From Clostridia bacterium (GTDB lineage Bacteria > Bacillota > Clostridia > Oscillospirales > CAG-272): 64,000 nucleotides of DNA. The notes beneath the pieces are model-generated. The model did no database searches. It was not told the DNA's origin and worked only from the letters and a program-made list of their open reading frames with translations. The stretch spans positions 64,985-128,984 of the forward strand of contig JAGBIF010000019.1 in NCBI GenBank assembly GCA_017935065.1, written 5' to 3'. Of the stretch, positions 1 to 8,562 are shown one piece after another. Position numbers and translations under genes: made by a program. The first letter of the stretch is position 1. Every line of letters starts with the position of its first letter.

Positions 1-1
1 G

Positions 2-1078
2 GAGCTAAACGAGATAAGACAGGAAATCAATGCGGTCGACGCGGAGCTTCGCTCGCTTTTTGAGAGGCGTATGCTTCTTGCGCGCGAGGTTGCCAAGTAT
101 AAGACGGCGCACGGACTTCCCATACTCGACGCATCACGTGAGGCAGAGGTTATTGAAAAGAATGTAACCAAGATGAAAAACGAGGAGCTGCGTCCCTTTT
201 ACGTCAACTTTATGCAGTCCAACATGGCAATATCGAGAAGCTATCAGGACATGCTTCTTTCGGGAATGAGAGTTGCGTATTCGGGCGTTGCGGGCGCGTT
301 TGCCTATATTGCCGCTTGTAAGCTCTTTCCTAAATCAAGAAAGCTCGCCTACCCTAATTTCGATGCGGCGTACAACGCCTGCGTCAGCGGCGAGTGTGAC
401 TGTGTCGTGTTGCCGATTGAGAACAGCTACAACGGCGAGGTGGGCGCTGTCACCGACCTTATGCTCTCGGGCGAGCTGAAGGTAAACGGCATTGTCGATG
501 TGGATATCACTCACTGTCTGCTCGGTGTAAGCGGCGCCTCTATCTCGGATGTAAAGAGTGTCGTAAGCCATCCTCAGGCGCTGGCACAGTGTCGCGGCTA
601 TATCCGCGCTCACGGCTTTGATGAGGAAGAGTTCGAAAACACGGCTCTTGCTGCAGAGGCGGTTGCCGAGCGAGGCGACAGGTCGGTTGCGGCCATCGCG
701 AGTGAGGAAGCCGCGGGGCTTTTCGGTCTTGAGGTGATTGAGAAGAATATCAACGAGTCAAGAACCAACACCACTCGCTTTGCCGTATTCTCAAGATCCG
801 AGCACAAGCACGAATCAAACGAGCCCGGGATTTGCAGCATAATGCTCTTTACCGTAAAGAACGAGGCGGGCGCTTTGGCTAAGGCACTTGATATTATTGG
901 CAAGCATAACTTCAATATGAGAACTCTCCGCTCGCGTCCTGTCAAGGACGCTATGTGGCAGTATTACTTCTATATTGAGGCAGAGGGAAACGTGAATTCC
1001 AAGGAGGGCAGACGAATGCTCGAGGACCTCGAGGAATACTGCGACAAGGTAAAATTCGTCGGCTCGTACACTAAATAG
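2..1078 (+). CDS. pheA: Chorismate mutase / prephenate dehydratase fusion (P-protein), 5'-truncated by the window edge
   Basis: The frame of ORF 71..1078 stays open back to nt 2. The N-terminus ELNEIRQEINAVDAELRSLFERRMLLAREVAKYK matches the AroQ chorismate mutase helix pattern. It is followed by a prephenate dehydratase core (RVAYSGVAGAFAY, NTTRFAVF) and a C-terminal ACT domain (SIMLFTVKNEAGALAKAL, LRSRP). Confidence 0.85.
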   Translation, partial: ELNEIRQEINAVDAELRSLFERRMLLAREVAKYKTAHGLPILDASREAEVIEKNVTKMKNEELRPFYVNFMQSNMAISRSYQDMLLSGMRVAYSGVAGAFAYIAACKLFPKSRKLAYPNFDAAYNACVSGECDCVVLPIENSYNGEVGAVTDLMLSGELKVNGIVDVDITHCLLGVSGASISDVKSVVSHPQALAQCRGYIRAHGFDEEEFENTALAAEAVAERGDRSVAAIASEEAAGLFGLEVIEKNINESRTNTTRFAVFSRSEHKHESNEPGICSIMLFTVKNEAGALAKALDIIGKHNFNMRTLRSRPVKDAMWQYYFYIEAEGNVNSKEGRRMLEDLEEYCDKVKFVGSYTK

Positions 1079-1093
1079 CTTTCAGGTGAATTT

Positions 1094-2092
1094 ATGAATA
1101 TATACAAGACAATCCATTTAAGCCTTGAGGGCGGCGGATATGATATTACCGTTGGAAGGGATCTTCTCGCGCATGCAGACGAGTTTTTTAATCTTAACAG
1201 GCGCGTGCTTATCGTAACAGATACGGGCGTTCCGCGCGAATATTCTCAAAAGATATGCGAGAGGTGCCGCGAGTGCAGAATATTTACCTTTGAGGCGGGT
1301 GAGGAACGCAAAAATCTTCGCACGCTTGAGGAAATATTCACCGAGATGCTTGACTTCGGTATGCAAAGAGGCGACTGCGTGGTTGCGGTCGGCGGCGGCG
1401 TTTCGGGGGATATGGCAGGCTTTGCGGCGGCATGCTATATGAGAGGCGTTGATTTTTACAACGTGCCCACTACTCTGCTTTCGCAGGTCGATTCCTCCAT
1501 CGGAGGCAAGACAGCGGTCGACTTCGGCGGTGCTAAAAATATTATAGGCGCGTTTTATCAGCCGAGCGCGGTGCTTATCGACACAGACGTTCTCAAGACG
1601 CTTGACGACCGACAGATAAGCGCAGGGCTCAGCGAGGTTATAAAAATGTCGCTTACCAGTGACGCTGAGCTTTTCGCATTGCTTGAGGAAAAAGAGCTTA
1701 ATGACAATATTTGCCAGATCATAGTCGCCGCGCTGGAGATAAAGAGGCGCGTTGTCGAGGCGGACGTCAGAGAGGGCGGCATACGCAAGATACTGAACTT
1801 CGGACATACTCTGGGACATGCTATCGAGGCGTGCGGCGGACTGCTTCACGGTGAGTGCGTGGCGCTCGGTATGATACCTATGGTATCGGACGGTGTCAAA
1901 GAAAGACTTATCAAGGTGCTGAGGAAGTATTCCCTTCCCACAAGCCACAGCTATGACAGAAAGCAGGCGCTCCATTATCTTGTCTCTGACAAAAAAGGAA
2001 ACGGTGATGCGGTTGATGCGATATACGTTGATGAGGTCGGGCAGTTCGTTATCAGAAGAACCCCATTCCGTGAGCTTGCGAAGCTACTGTAA
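1094..2092 (+). CDS. aroB: 3-dehydroquinate synthase
   Basis: 332 aa with motifs VAVGGGVSGDMAGFAAA, TTLLSQVDSSIGGKTAVD and NFGHTLGHAIE. Lies within the shikimate operon. Confidence 0.9.
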   Translation: MNIYKTIHLSLEGGGYDITVGRDLLAHADEFFNLNRRVLIVTDTGVPREYSQKICERCRECRIFTFEAGEERKNLRTLEEIFTEMLDFGMQRGDCVVAVGGGVSGDMAGFAAACYMRGVDFYNVPTTLLSQVDSSIGGKTAVDFGGAKNIIGAFYQPSAVLIDTDVLKTLDDRQISAGLSEVIKMSLTSDAELFALLEEKELNDNICQIIVAALEIKRRVVEADVREGGIRKILNFGHTLGHAIEACGGLLHGECVALGMIPMVSDGVKERLIKVLRKYSLPTSHSYDRKQALHYLVSDKKGNGDAVDAIYVDEVGQFVIRRTPFRELAKLL

Positions 2093-2180
2093 GAGGATTT
2101 AACATATTGGCTTCCATTGTGTCGCAACAAGCAGTTTTTGTAAATAGTTGTTTGCATATTTTATTCTTTGGGTGATATAA

Positions 2181-3272
2181 ATGAAAAATACTTTTGGAAA
2201 CAATCTTAAGATTACACTATTTGGCGAAAGCCACGGTGAGGCAATCGGATGTGTGCTTGACGGAATTACGCCCGGCGTTGCAGTCGATATGGAATATATA
2301 AAGGACAAGATGCTTCGCAGGGCGGCAAGAGGCAATATCTCTACTCCGAGGCGCGAGGCTGACGAGGTGCATATCGTCTCGGGCGTAAAGGACGGATATA
2401 CCGAGGGCACTCCCATCTGTATTATAATCAAGAATGAAAATACAAAAAGCGGTGCCTACTCACCGCTTGAAAATACCCCCCGTCCGTCTCACGCGGACTA
2501 TACTGCCGAGTGCAAGTATCACGGCTTTCAGGACAAGCGCGGTGGCGGACATTTCTCGGGAAGGATTACAGCCCCTATCGTTGCGGCGGGCGCCATTGTA
2601 AGGCTCGCCCTTGATAAAATGGGGATAAAAATCGGTAGCCATATAAGAAGGCTTCATCAGGTGTATGACGACGGCTTCGGCAACATTGAGAGCGATGTCG
2701 AGAGGCTGCAGAGCCGTCCCTTCCCCACCCTTTCCGAGACCGCTGAGGAATATATGAGGTCTGAAATACTTGATGCTAAGGAAATGCAGAACAGTGTCGG
2801 CGGAATTATCGAGACCGCGATTATAGGTGTTCCCGCGGGTGTAGGCGAACCTTGGTTTGATACGCTTGAGGGTATGCTTGCGCACGCGATGCTTTCTATT
2901 CCCGCGGTAAAAGGAATTGAGTTCGGGCTTGGCTTTGACCTTGCGGGCTACTATGGAAGCGAGGTCAACGATGAGTTTACATATGACGACGACGGACGTA
3001 TTATAACCAGAACGAACAACAACGGCGGTATTAACGGCGGTATTTCAAACGGTATGCCAATAGTATTCTCGCTTGCGGTTAAGCCTACCCCGTCCATCTC
3101 GCGTGAGCAGAGAACGGTGGATCTTACGACAGGCAAGGATACCGAAATCGTTATCGGGGGCAGGCACGATCCAGCTATTATTCACCGCGCGTGCGCGGTC
3201 GTTGACGCTCTGAGCGCCCTTGTTATCGGCGATATGCTGATAACTAGGTTCGGCACGGACGCGCTTAAATAA
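2181..3272 (+). CDS. aroC: Chorismate synthase
   Basis: 363 aa with signatures FGESHG, RPSHADYT, GGGHFSGR and GGRHDP. Confidence 0.93.
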   Translation: MKNTFGNNLKITLFGESHGEAIGCVLDGITPGVAVDMEYIKDKMLRRAARGNISTPRREADEVHIVSGVKDGYTEGTPICIIIKNENTKSGAYSPLENTPRPSHADYTAECKYHGFQDKRGGGHFSGRITAPIVAAGAIVRLALDKMGIKIGSHIRRLHQVYDDGFGNIESDVERLQSRPFPTLSETAEEYMRSEILDAKEMQNSVGGIIETAIIGVPAGVGEPWFDTLEGMLAHAMLSIPAVKGIEFGLGFDLAGYYGSEVNDEFTYDDDGRIITRTNNNGGINGGISNGMPIVFSLAVKPTPSISREQRTVDLTTGKDTEIVIGGRHDPAIIHRACAVVDALSALVIGDMLITRFGTDALK

Positions 3273-3294
3273 ATTCGGGGGCATATAGCAGGCT

Positions 3295-4530
3295 ATGAAA
3301 TACGGCTGTATTGGTGAGGTGCTTAAGCACAGCTTTTCCGCACAGATACACAATGCGCTCGGCTACGAATACGAGCTTGTCGAGCTTTCACGCGACGAGG
3401 TTGGCCCCTTTATGACAAGAGCCGACTTTCTCGCGATAAACGTGACTATTCCCTATAAGGAAACGGTTATTCCCTATCTTGATGAGATCGACGAGGCGGC
3501 AAGGCTTATAGGAGCTGTCAACACAATAGTTAAGAGAGACGGCAGACTTTACGGCTATAATACCGACTTCTTCGGACTATCAGCGCTTGCAGGGCGTATA
3601 GGAATAGATTTCAAGGGTAAGAAGGTGCTTATTCTCGGTACGGGCGGCACCTCAAAAACCGCCACCGCCGTGGCAAGACATTTTGGCGCAAGAGAAATCA
3701 TACGTGCCTCAAGAGATGGTAAGGAAATGGCAGTTTTGTATAGTGATGTTTACAAATATCACACAAACGCCGATATTATTATCAACACTACACCTGTCGG
3801 TATGTATCCAAAATGCGACGGATGTCCCATTGATATTGATAAATTCCCGTCACTTTGCGGTGTGATTGATGCTATTTACAATCCCAACGAGACGAGGCTT
3901 ATAAGAGGGGCAAAAAGACGCGGTATTGCCGCTGAGGGCGGTCTTTATATGCTGGTAGCACAGGCGGTGCTTGCCTCCGAGCATTTTCTCGGGGTGAGGT
4001 ATGACACAGGCGTGCTTGATAGGGTGTTTAAGGATATCAGCCGAAGGAACCGAAGCATCGTTCTTATCGGTATGCCCGCCTCGGGAAAAAGCACGGTGGG
4101 CAGACTTATCGCACAGGCTCTTAACAGAGAGCTTGTTGATACCGATACGCTTATAGAGAGGGCGTGCGGTATGACTATACCCGAGATATTCTCGCGCTAT
4201 GGCGAGGAATACTTCAGGGACCGCGAGAGCGAGGCGGTGCGTGAGGCTTCAAAAATGACGGGTGTTGTTATCGCGACGGGCGGCGGTGCTGTTTTGCGTG
4301 AGGAAAACGTTGAGGCCTTGCGGCAAAACGGCAGGCTTTATTTTATCGACAGACCTCTGTCTGCTCTTATACCGACAGACGACAGACCGCTTTCCTCAAC
4401 TAAAGAGGCTATCGAAAAAAGATATAACGAGAGGTATTCTATCTATTTATCCTCGTGCGACGAGAGAATAGACGCCGACTGTGAAGCGAGGGCGGTATGC
4501 GAGAGGATACTTTCGGATTTTTCAAAATGA
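3295..4530 (+). CDS. aroE/aroK: Shikimate dehydrogenase fused to shikimate kinase
   Basis: The N-terminal ~245 aa carry NVTIPYKE, NTDFFG and the Rossmann motif ILGTGGTSKTA (AroE). The C-terminal ~165 aa carry the P-loop GMPASGKSTVGR, DTD and ATGGGAV (AroK). It is one uninterrupted ORF. Confidence 0.85.
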   Translation: MKYGCIGEVLKHSFSAQIHNALGYEYELVELSRDEVGPFMTRADFLAINVTIPYKETVIPYLDEIDEAARLIGAVNTIVKRDGRLYGYNTDFFGLSALAGRIGIDFKGKKVLILGTGGTSKTATAVARHFGAREIIRASRDGKEMAVLYSDVYKYHTNADIIINTTPVGMYPKCDGCPIDIDKFPSLCGVIDAIYNPNETRLIRGAKRRGIAAEGGLYMLVAQAVLASEHFLGVRYDTGVLDRVFKDISRRNRSIVLIGMPASGKSTVGRLIAQALNRELVDTDTLIERACGMTIPEIFSRYGEEYFRDRESEAVREASKMTGVVIATGGGAVLREENVEALRQNGRLYFIDRPLSALIPTDDRPLSSTKEAIEKRYNERYSIYLSSCDERIDADCEARAVCERILSDFSK

Positions 4531-4549
4531 ACCATTTATGGAGATTAAT

Positions 4550-4990
4550 ATGAAGCTATACATTATAAACGGACCCAACCTTAATATGCTCGGTATCCGC
4601 GAGCCTGATAAGTACGGCAAGCAGAGCTACGATTATCTTCTAACGCTTATCAGGGATAAGTGCGAGAGGATTGGGGTTACTCCCGTGTTTTTCCAGTCAA
4701 ATCACGAGGGCGCTCTGGTCGATAAGATACAGGAGGCGTATTTCGAGGGGGCTGACGGTATAGTTATAAATCCTGGTGCTTATACACACACGAGTATAGC
4801 TCTTCTCGATGCGGTTAGCGCGACCTCCCTGCCCTGCGTTGAGGTGCATATCTCAAGGGTTGAGGAGCGCGAGGATTTCAGACAGATAAGCTACATAAGG
4901 CGCGCTTGCGTGGCAACTATAACGGGTAAGGGGCTTGACGGATATCTTGAGGCGATAGATATTCTGGTAAATAAGAGCTATGAGAGTTAA
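4550..4990 (+). CDS. aroQ: Type II 3-dehydroquinate dehydratase
   Basis: Motifs MKLYIINGPNLNMLGIREPDKYG, QSNHEG, INPGAYTHTSIAL and VEVHISR. The ATG at 4550 was chosen (4538 is also possible); the ORF-track start 4481 overlaps the end of the upstream gene. Confidence 0.88.
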   Translation: MKLYIINGPNLNMLGIREPDKYGKQSYDYLLTLIRDKCERIGVTPVFFQSNHEGALVDKIQEAYFEGADGIVINPGAYTHTSIALLDAVSATSLPCVEVHISRVEEREDFRQISYIRRACVATITGKGLDGYLEAIDILVNKSYES

Positions 4991-6200
4991 AATAGAGCCA
5001 AGCCGAGCCACGGGCAGGATTGTAGCGCCTACCTCAAAGAGCATTGCGCACAGAATGCTTATTTGCGCATCTCTTTGCGAGGGCGAGTCACATATTTCGG
5101 GCATTACCGAGTGCGCGGATGTTATAGCAACAAGAGAATGTCTTCGCGCGCTGGGCGTTAAGGTTGATATTGACAGCCGCGGTGTCTACACCGTGCGCGG
5201 TATTAATATAAGAAGGGCTTTCCCAAGAGAAAGCTTGTTTGCAAACGAGAGCGGAAGCACGCTTCGCTTTCTTATTCCTCTTTGCGCTATGGCGGCGGCA
5301 CCCGTCACACTTACAGGAAGTGAAAAGCTGCTCTCAAGACCTCTTTCGGTATATGAGGAGATATTTTCAAAAGAAGGGCTTTCCTTCGTGCGGGATGATG
5401 GCGGTATAACCGTAAGCGGTGGCTTTCACTCGGGCGAGTACACCGTACGCGGGGATATAAGCAGTCAGTTTATTACAGGACTTCTCTTTGCGCTTTCTCT
5501 GTGCGAGGGCAGAAGCATAATACACCTAATTCCGCCTGTCGAGAGTCGCTCGTATATCGACCTTACGCTTGACGCAATGCAGCTTTTCGGTATACACGCA
5601 AGATTTCTCGATCAGTTTACGATAGGCATTGAGTCAGGACGATACCAGCCGCGGGAGGTAACGGTCGAGGGTGACTACTCCGCCAGCGCCTTCCTTGAGG
5701 CGCTGAACCTGCTTGGCGGTGAGGTTGAGGTCCTCGGTATGAATGAGAATACGAAGCAAGGCGATTCGGTATACAGAAAAATCTTCCCTAAAATAAATAA
5801 GGGCTTTGTCACCGAGGATATTTCCGACTGCCCCGACCTTGCGCCTATACTTTTCGCGCTATCGGCGGCGAGGCACGGCGGAAGATTTCTTGGCACGGAC
5901 AGGCTGAAAATAAAAGAAAGCGACCGAGCGGAGGCTATGCGGAGCGAGCTTTTAAAGCTTGGGGCAGAGCTTACGGTTGGTGATAACGAGGTAACGGTAG
6001 CAGGCTCGGCGCTTCACGCGCCCACCTCGCCTATCTGCTCACACAACGACCACAGAATAGTTATGGCTATGGCAACGCTTCTGACACAGGTCGGCGGTGA
6101 GATAGAGGGCGCTGAGGCAGTAGCGAAAAGCTACCCCGACTATTTCTCGCATCTGCGCGCGCTCGGTATTAAGGTTATAGAATATGATACTGACAAGTAA
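4980..6200 (+). CDS. aroA: 3-phosphoshikimate 1-carboxyvinyltransferase (EPSP synthase)
   Basis: 406 aa with motifs TSKSIAHR, ESGSTLRFL, SSQFITGLL and DHRIVMAMA. Overlaps aroQ by 11 nt. Confidence 0.9.
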   Translation: MRVKIEPSRATGRIVAPTSKSIAHRMLICASLCEGESHISGITECADVIATRECLRALGVKVDIDSRGVYTVRGINIRRAFPRESLFANESGSTLRFLIPLCAMAAAPVTLTGSEKLLSRPLSVYEEIFSKEGLSFVRDDGGITVSGGFHSGEYTVRGDISSQFITGLLFALSLCEGRSIIHLIPPVESRSYIDLTLDAMQLFGIHARFLDQFTIGIESGRYQPREVTVEGDYSASAFLEALNLLGGEVEVLGMNENTKQGDSVYRKIFPKINKGFVTEDISDCPDLAPILFALSAARHGGRFLGTDRLKIKESDRAEAMRSELLKLGAELTVGDNEVTVAGSALHAPTSPICSHNDHRIVMAMATLLTQVGGEIEGAEAVAKSYPDYFSHLRALGIKVIEYDTDK

Positions 6201-7047
6201 TACGAAAATACTTATAGTCGGTCTTGGCGTTATAGGCGGCGGCTATGCGAAGGCTCTTACCGACAAGGGCTATCGCGTGAGCGCTATAACGAAGGACGAG
6301 GCGGATATCGACTATGCATACAAGAGAGGTATGATAGAGTACGGAACCACGGAGGTTGAGGAAGCTCTTATTCAAAAATCCGAGCTTATCATATTCGCTC
6401 TCTACCCTACTGTTTTTATTGATTGGATAAAGAAATATCAACATTTATTTACAAAAGGCACTCTTATCACCGATGTTACGGGTGTTAAGTCTAGCGTGGT
6501 CTATGAGGTGCAGAGCATTCTCAGAGAGGATGTTGAGTACATCTCTCACCACCCTATGGCAGGACGGGAGAGAAGCGGTGTGGAATACTCGACCCCCGAC
6601 GTATTTCAGGGCGCGAACTTTATCATCACGCCCACTATGAAGAACACCGAGTCGGCAAAGGCGGTATGCTATGCGCTTGCGCGTGAGATAGGCTTTTCAA
6701 AAATAAGCGAGCTTACTCCTGAGGAGCACGACTCTATGATAGCCTACCTATCACAGCTCACTCACGCGATTGCAGTAACGCTTATGCGCGCAAACGATGC
6801 GCCCGAGCTTGAGAAGTATACGGGCGACTCCTTCCGCGATCTTACCAGGATAGCAAAGATAAACGATGCGATGTGGTCGGAGCTTTTCCTGCTTAACAAG
6901 GATGCGCTTCTTTCACAGATGGATGCGTTTATAGGCTCGTTTATGAAGCTTCGCGGTATGCTTGAGGCAGATGACAAGGAAGGGCTTCGCCGTGAGATGA
7001 GAGCCGCAACCTGTCGACGCGAGCTGTTTGACAAGCCGACGAAGTAA
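6184..7047 (+). CDS. tyrA: Prephenate dehydrogenase
   Basis: 287 aa with N-terminal Rossmann motif ILIVGLGVIGGGYAKAL and the catalytic region SHHPMAGRE. Overlaps aroA by 17 nt. Confidence 0.85.
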   Translation: MILTSNTKILIVGLGVIGGGYAKALTDKGYRVSAITKDEADIDYAYKRGMIEYGTTEVEEALIQKSELIIFALYPTVFIDWIKKYQHLFTKGTLITDVTGVKSSVVYEVQSILREDVEYISHHPMAGRERSGVEYSTPDVFQGANFIITPTMKNTESAKAVCYALAREIGFSKISELTPEEHDSMIAYLSQLTHAIAVTLMRANDAPELEKYTGDSFRDLTRIAKINDAMWSELFLLNKDALLSQMDAFIGSFMKLRGMLEADDKEGLRREMRAATCRRELFDKPTK

Positions 7048-7100
7048 ATACTCTTAGCAAAATTTTCAGCACATTTTTGATTTTTTGAGGTACTTATATT

Positions 7101-8132
7101 ATGAATATGCAATTCTTTCGCAAGCTCCCTATCCCTATGGAGGTAAAGGAGCAATTCCCCGCTACGCCCGAGATCGAGAAAATAAGAAGCGCACAGCTTT
7201 CGGCTATGAAGGATGTTTTCTCGGGCAAGAGTGACAAATTTATACTTGTTATCGGCCCCTGCTCTGCCGACAGAGAGGATGCGGTGCTTGATTACATTTC
7301 AAGACTGAGACTCGTTCAGGACAAGGTATCGGACAAGATACTTATCGTTCCGAGAATTTATACAAACAAGCCGAGAACCACGGGTGAGGGCTACAAGGGC
7401 ATGCTTCACCAGCCCGACCCTAATCAGGATCCCGACCTTCTTAAGGGCATCGTAGCTATAAGAAAGCTTCATATGAGAGCTATTTCCGAGTGCGGCTTTG
7501 CCTGCGCGGATGAGATGCTCTACCCCGAAAACCACAGATATCTCTCCGACCTTATCGGCTACGTTGCGGTGGGCGCGCGCTCGGTTGAGGATCAGCAGCA
7601 CAGGCTTACGGCATCGGGTCTTGACGTTCCCGTTGGTATGAAAAACCCCACCAGCGGTGACATTTCGGTTATGATGAACTCTATCAAGGCGGCTCAGTCC
7701 TCTCACGTATTCTGCTACCGCGGATGGGAAGTCAAGAGCGCGGGCAACCCCTTTGCGCACGCAATTCTGCGCGGTTATGTAGACGATGAGGGACGTTCTC
7801 ACTCAAACTACCATTACGAGGACCTCGTTTCACTCGCAAGAAAGTATGCCGACTCGGGTCTTTCAAATCCTGCCTGCATAGTTGATACCAACCACGCAAA
7901 CTCGGGTAAGAAGTATCTTGAGCAGATAAGGATCGCGATGGAAATAATCCATTCCAGAAATTACGATAGCGCGGTCAAGGGACTTGTAAAGGGACTTATG
8001 ATCGAGAGCTATATCGAGGACGGCTGTCAGAAGATCTCGCAAGACGAGGTCTACGGCAAGTCAATAACCGACCCCTGTCTCGGCTGGGAAAAGACCGAGG
8101 ACCTTATTTACAGAATAGCGGATAAGGTGTGA
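7101..8132 (+). CDS. aroG: 3-deoxy-7-phosphoheptulonate (DAHP) synthase, class I alpha-like
   Basis: 343 aa. VIGPCSADRED and IVPRIYTNKPRTTGEGYKGM parallel the E. coli AroG-type motifs (VIGPCS, KPRTT). Confidence 0.85.
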   Translation: MNMQFFRKLPIPMEVKEQFPATPEIEKIRSAQLSAMKDVFSGKSDKFILVIGPCSADREDAVLDYISRLRLVQDKVSDKILIVPRIYTNKPRTTGEGYKGMLHQPDPNQDPDLLKGIVAIRKLHMRAISECGFACADEMLYPENHRYLSDLIGYVAVGARSVEDQQHRLTASGLDVPVGMKNPTSGDISVMMNSIKAAQSSHVFCYRGWEVKSAGNPFAHAILRGYVDDEGRSHSNYHYEDLVSLARKYADSGLSNPACIVDTNHANSGKKYLEQIRIAMEIIHSRNYDSAVKGLVKGLMIESYIEDGCQKISQDEVYGKSITDPCLGWEKTEDLIYRIADKV

Positions 8133-8137
8133 GGAAC

Positions 8138-8173
8138 AAAAAACAGAAGTCCTTTGAGGGCTTCTGTTTTTTG
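8138..8173 (+). terminator. Rho-independent terminator of the aro operon
   Basis: Stem acagaag / cttctgt flanked by an A-run and followed by ttttttgtt, 6 nt after the DAHP synthase stop. Confidence 0.75.
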
Positions 8174-8175
8174 TT

Positions 8176-8283
8176 AGTGAAGTTTTTGCTAACGCAAAAG
8201 TGAAGTTGCTACGCAGTGAAGTTACAGGCTCTGCCTGCAGTGAAGTTAGTCTTGCCACACACTCAAGGCAAGACTAGTTTTTT
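8176..8283 (+). repeat. Array of 4 copies of the 9-mer AGTGAAGTT, each followed by a different short hairpin
   Basis: Word copies lie at 8176, 8199, 8215 and 8239. The spacers are tttgc-taac-gcaaa, gctacgc, caggc-tct-gcctg and agtcttgcc-N9-ggcaagact; the last is followed by a T-run. Confidence 0.8.
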
Positions 8284-8337
8284 ACTTTAAGGCGGTTCCC
8301 TTTTACCGTTTTACTTCCATTTTTATTTTGCTATGTA

Positions 8338-8366
8338 TTGACATTTTCTTTAACGAGTGGTATAAT
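8338..8366 (+). promoter_or_regulatory. Consensus sigma-A promoter (TTGACA-17-TATAAT)
   Basis: TTGACA at 8338-8343, a 17-nt spacer and TATAAT at 8361-8366. It lies ~200 nt upstream of the LRR gene start. Confidence 0.7.
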
Positions 8367-8491
8367 ATGCGTGCGACATAACTGAACAAATCACATTCAA
8401 GGGTGTACTATGCCATTTTTTAGTACTTCCGTCTTTTTCTATACCTTGAGTGTGAAAAGTTGTGTCGCAGCAAAGTGAAGTACGAAATGGG

Positions 8492-8523
8492 GTGCGCTCG
8501 CTTTGCGGGCGCATTTTTATTTT
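8492..8523 (+). terminator. Intrinsic terminator-like hairpin inside the 5' leader of the LRR gene (possible attenuator)
   Basis: A ~10-bp GC-rich stem (gtgcgctcgc ttt gcgggcgcat) is followed by ttttatttt. It sits between the promoter (8361) and the RBS (8551). Confidence 0.6.
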
Positions 8524-8562
8524 GCGCCTTTGATAAGATATTTTATTAAAGGAGAAAAGAGA

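Noticed and set aside
1118-1975. 285-aa ORF antisense to aroB
   Set aside because: It is a shadow ORF fully inside a well-supported gene on the opposite strand. Its composition is low-complexity and Arg/Ala/Leu-rich, and it has no RBS or motif.
8410-8478. 22-codon hydrophobic mini-ORF in the LRR leader as a real leader peptide gene
   Set aside because: The only support is a weak AAGGG upstream. I could not assess conservation or coupling to the terminator, so it is mentioned under the leader finding only.
8503-8562. ORF-track start of the LRR gene at 8503 (MRAHFYFAPLIRYFIKGEKR...)
   Set aside because: These codons overlap the leader terminator hairpin and its U-run. The ATG at 8563 has a good RBS and begins a typical lipoprotein signal peptide.
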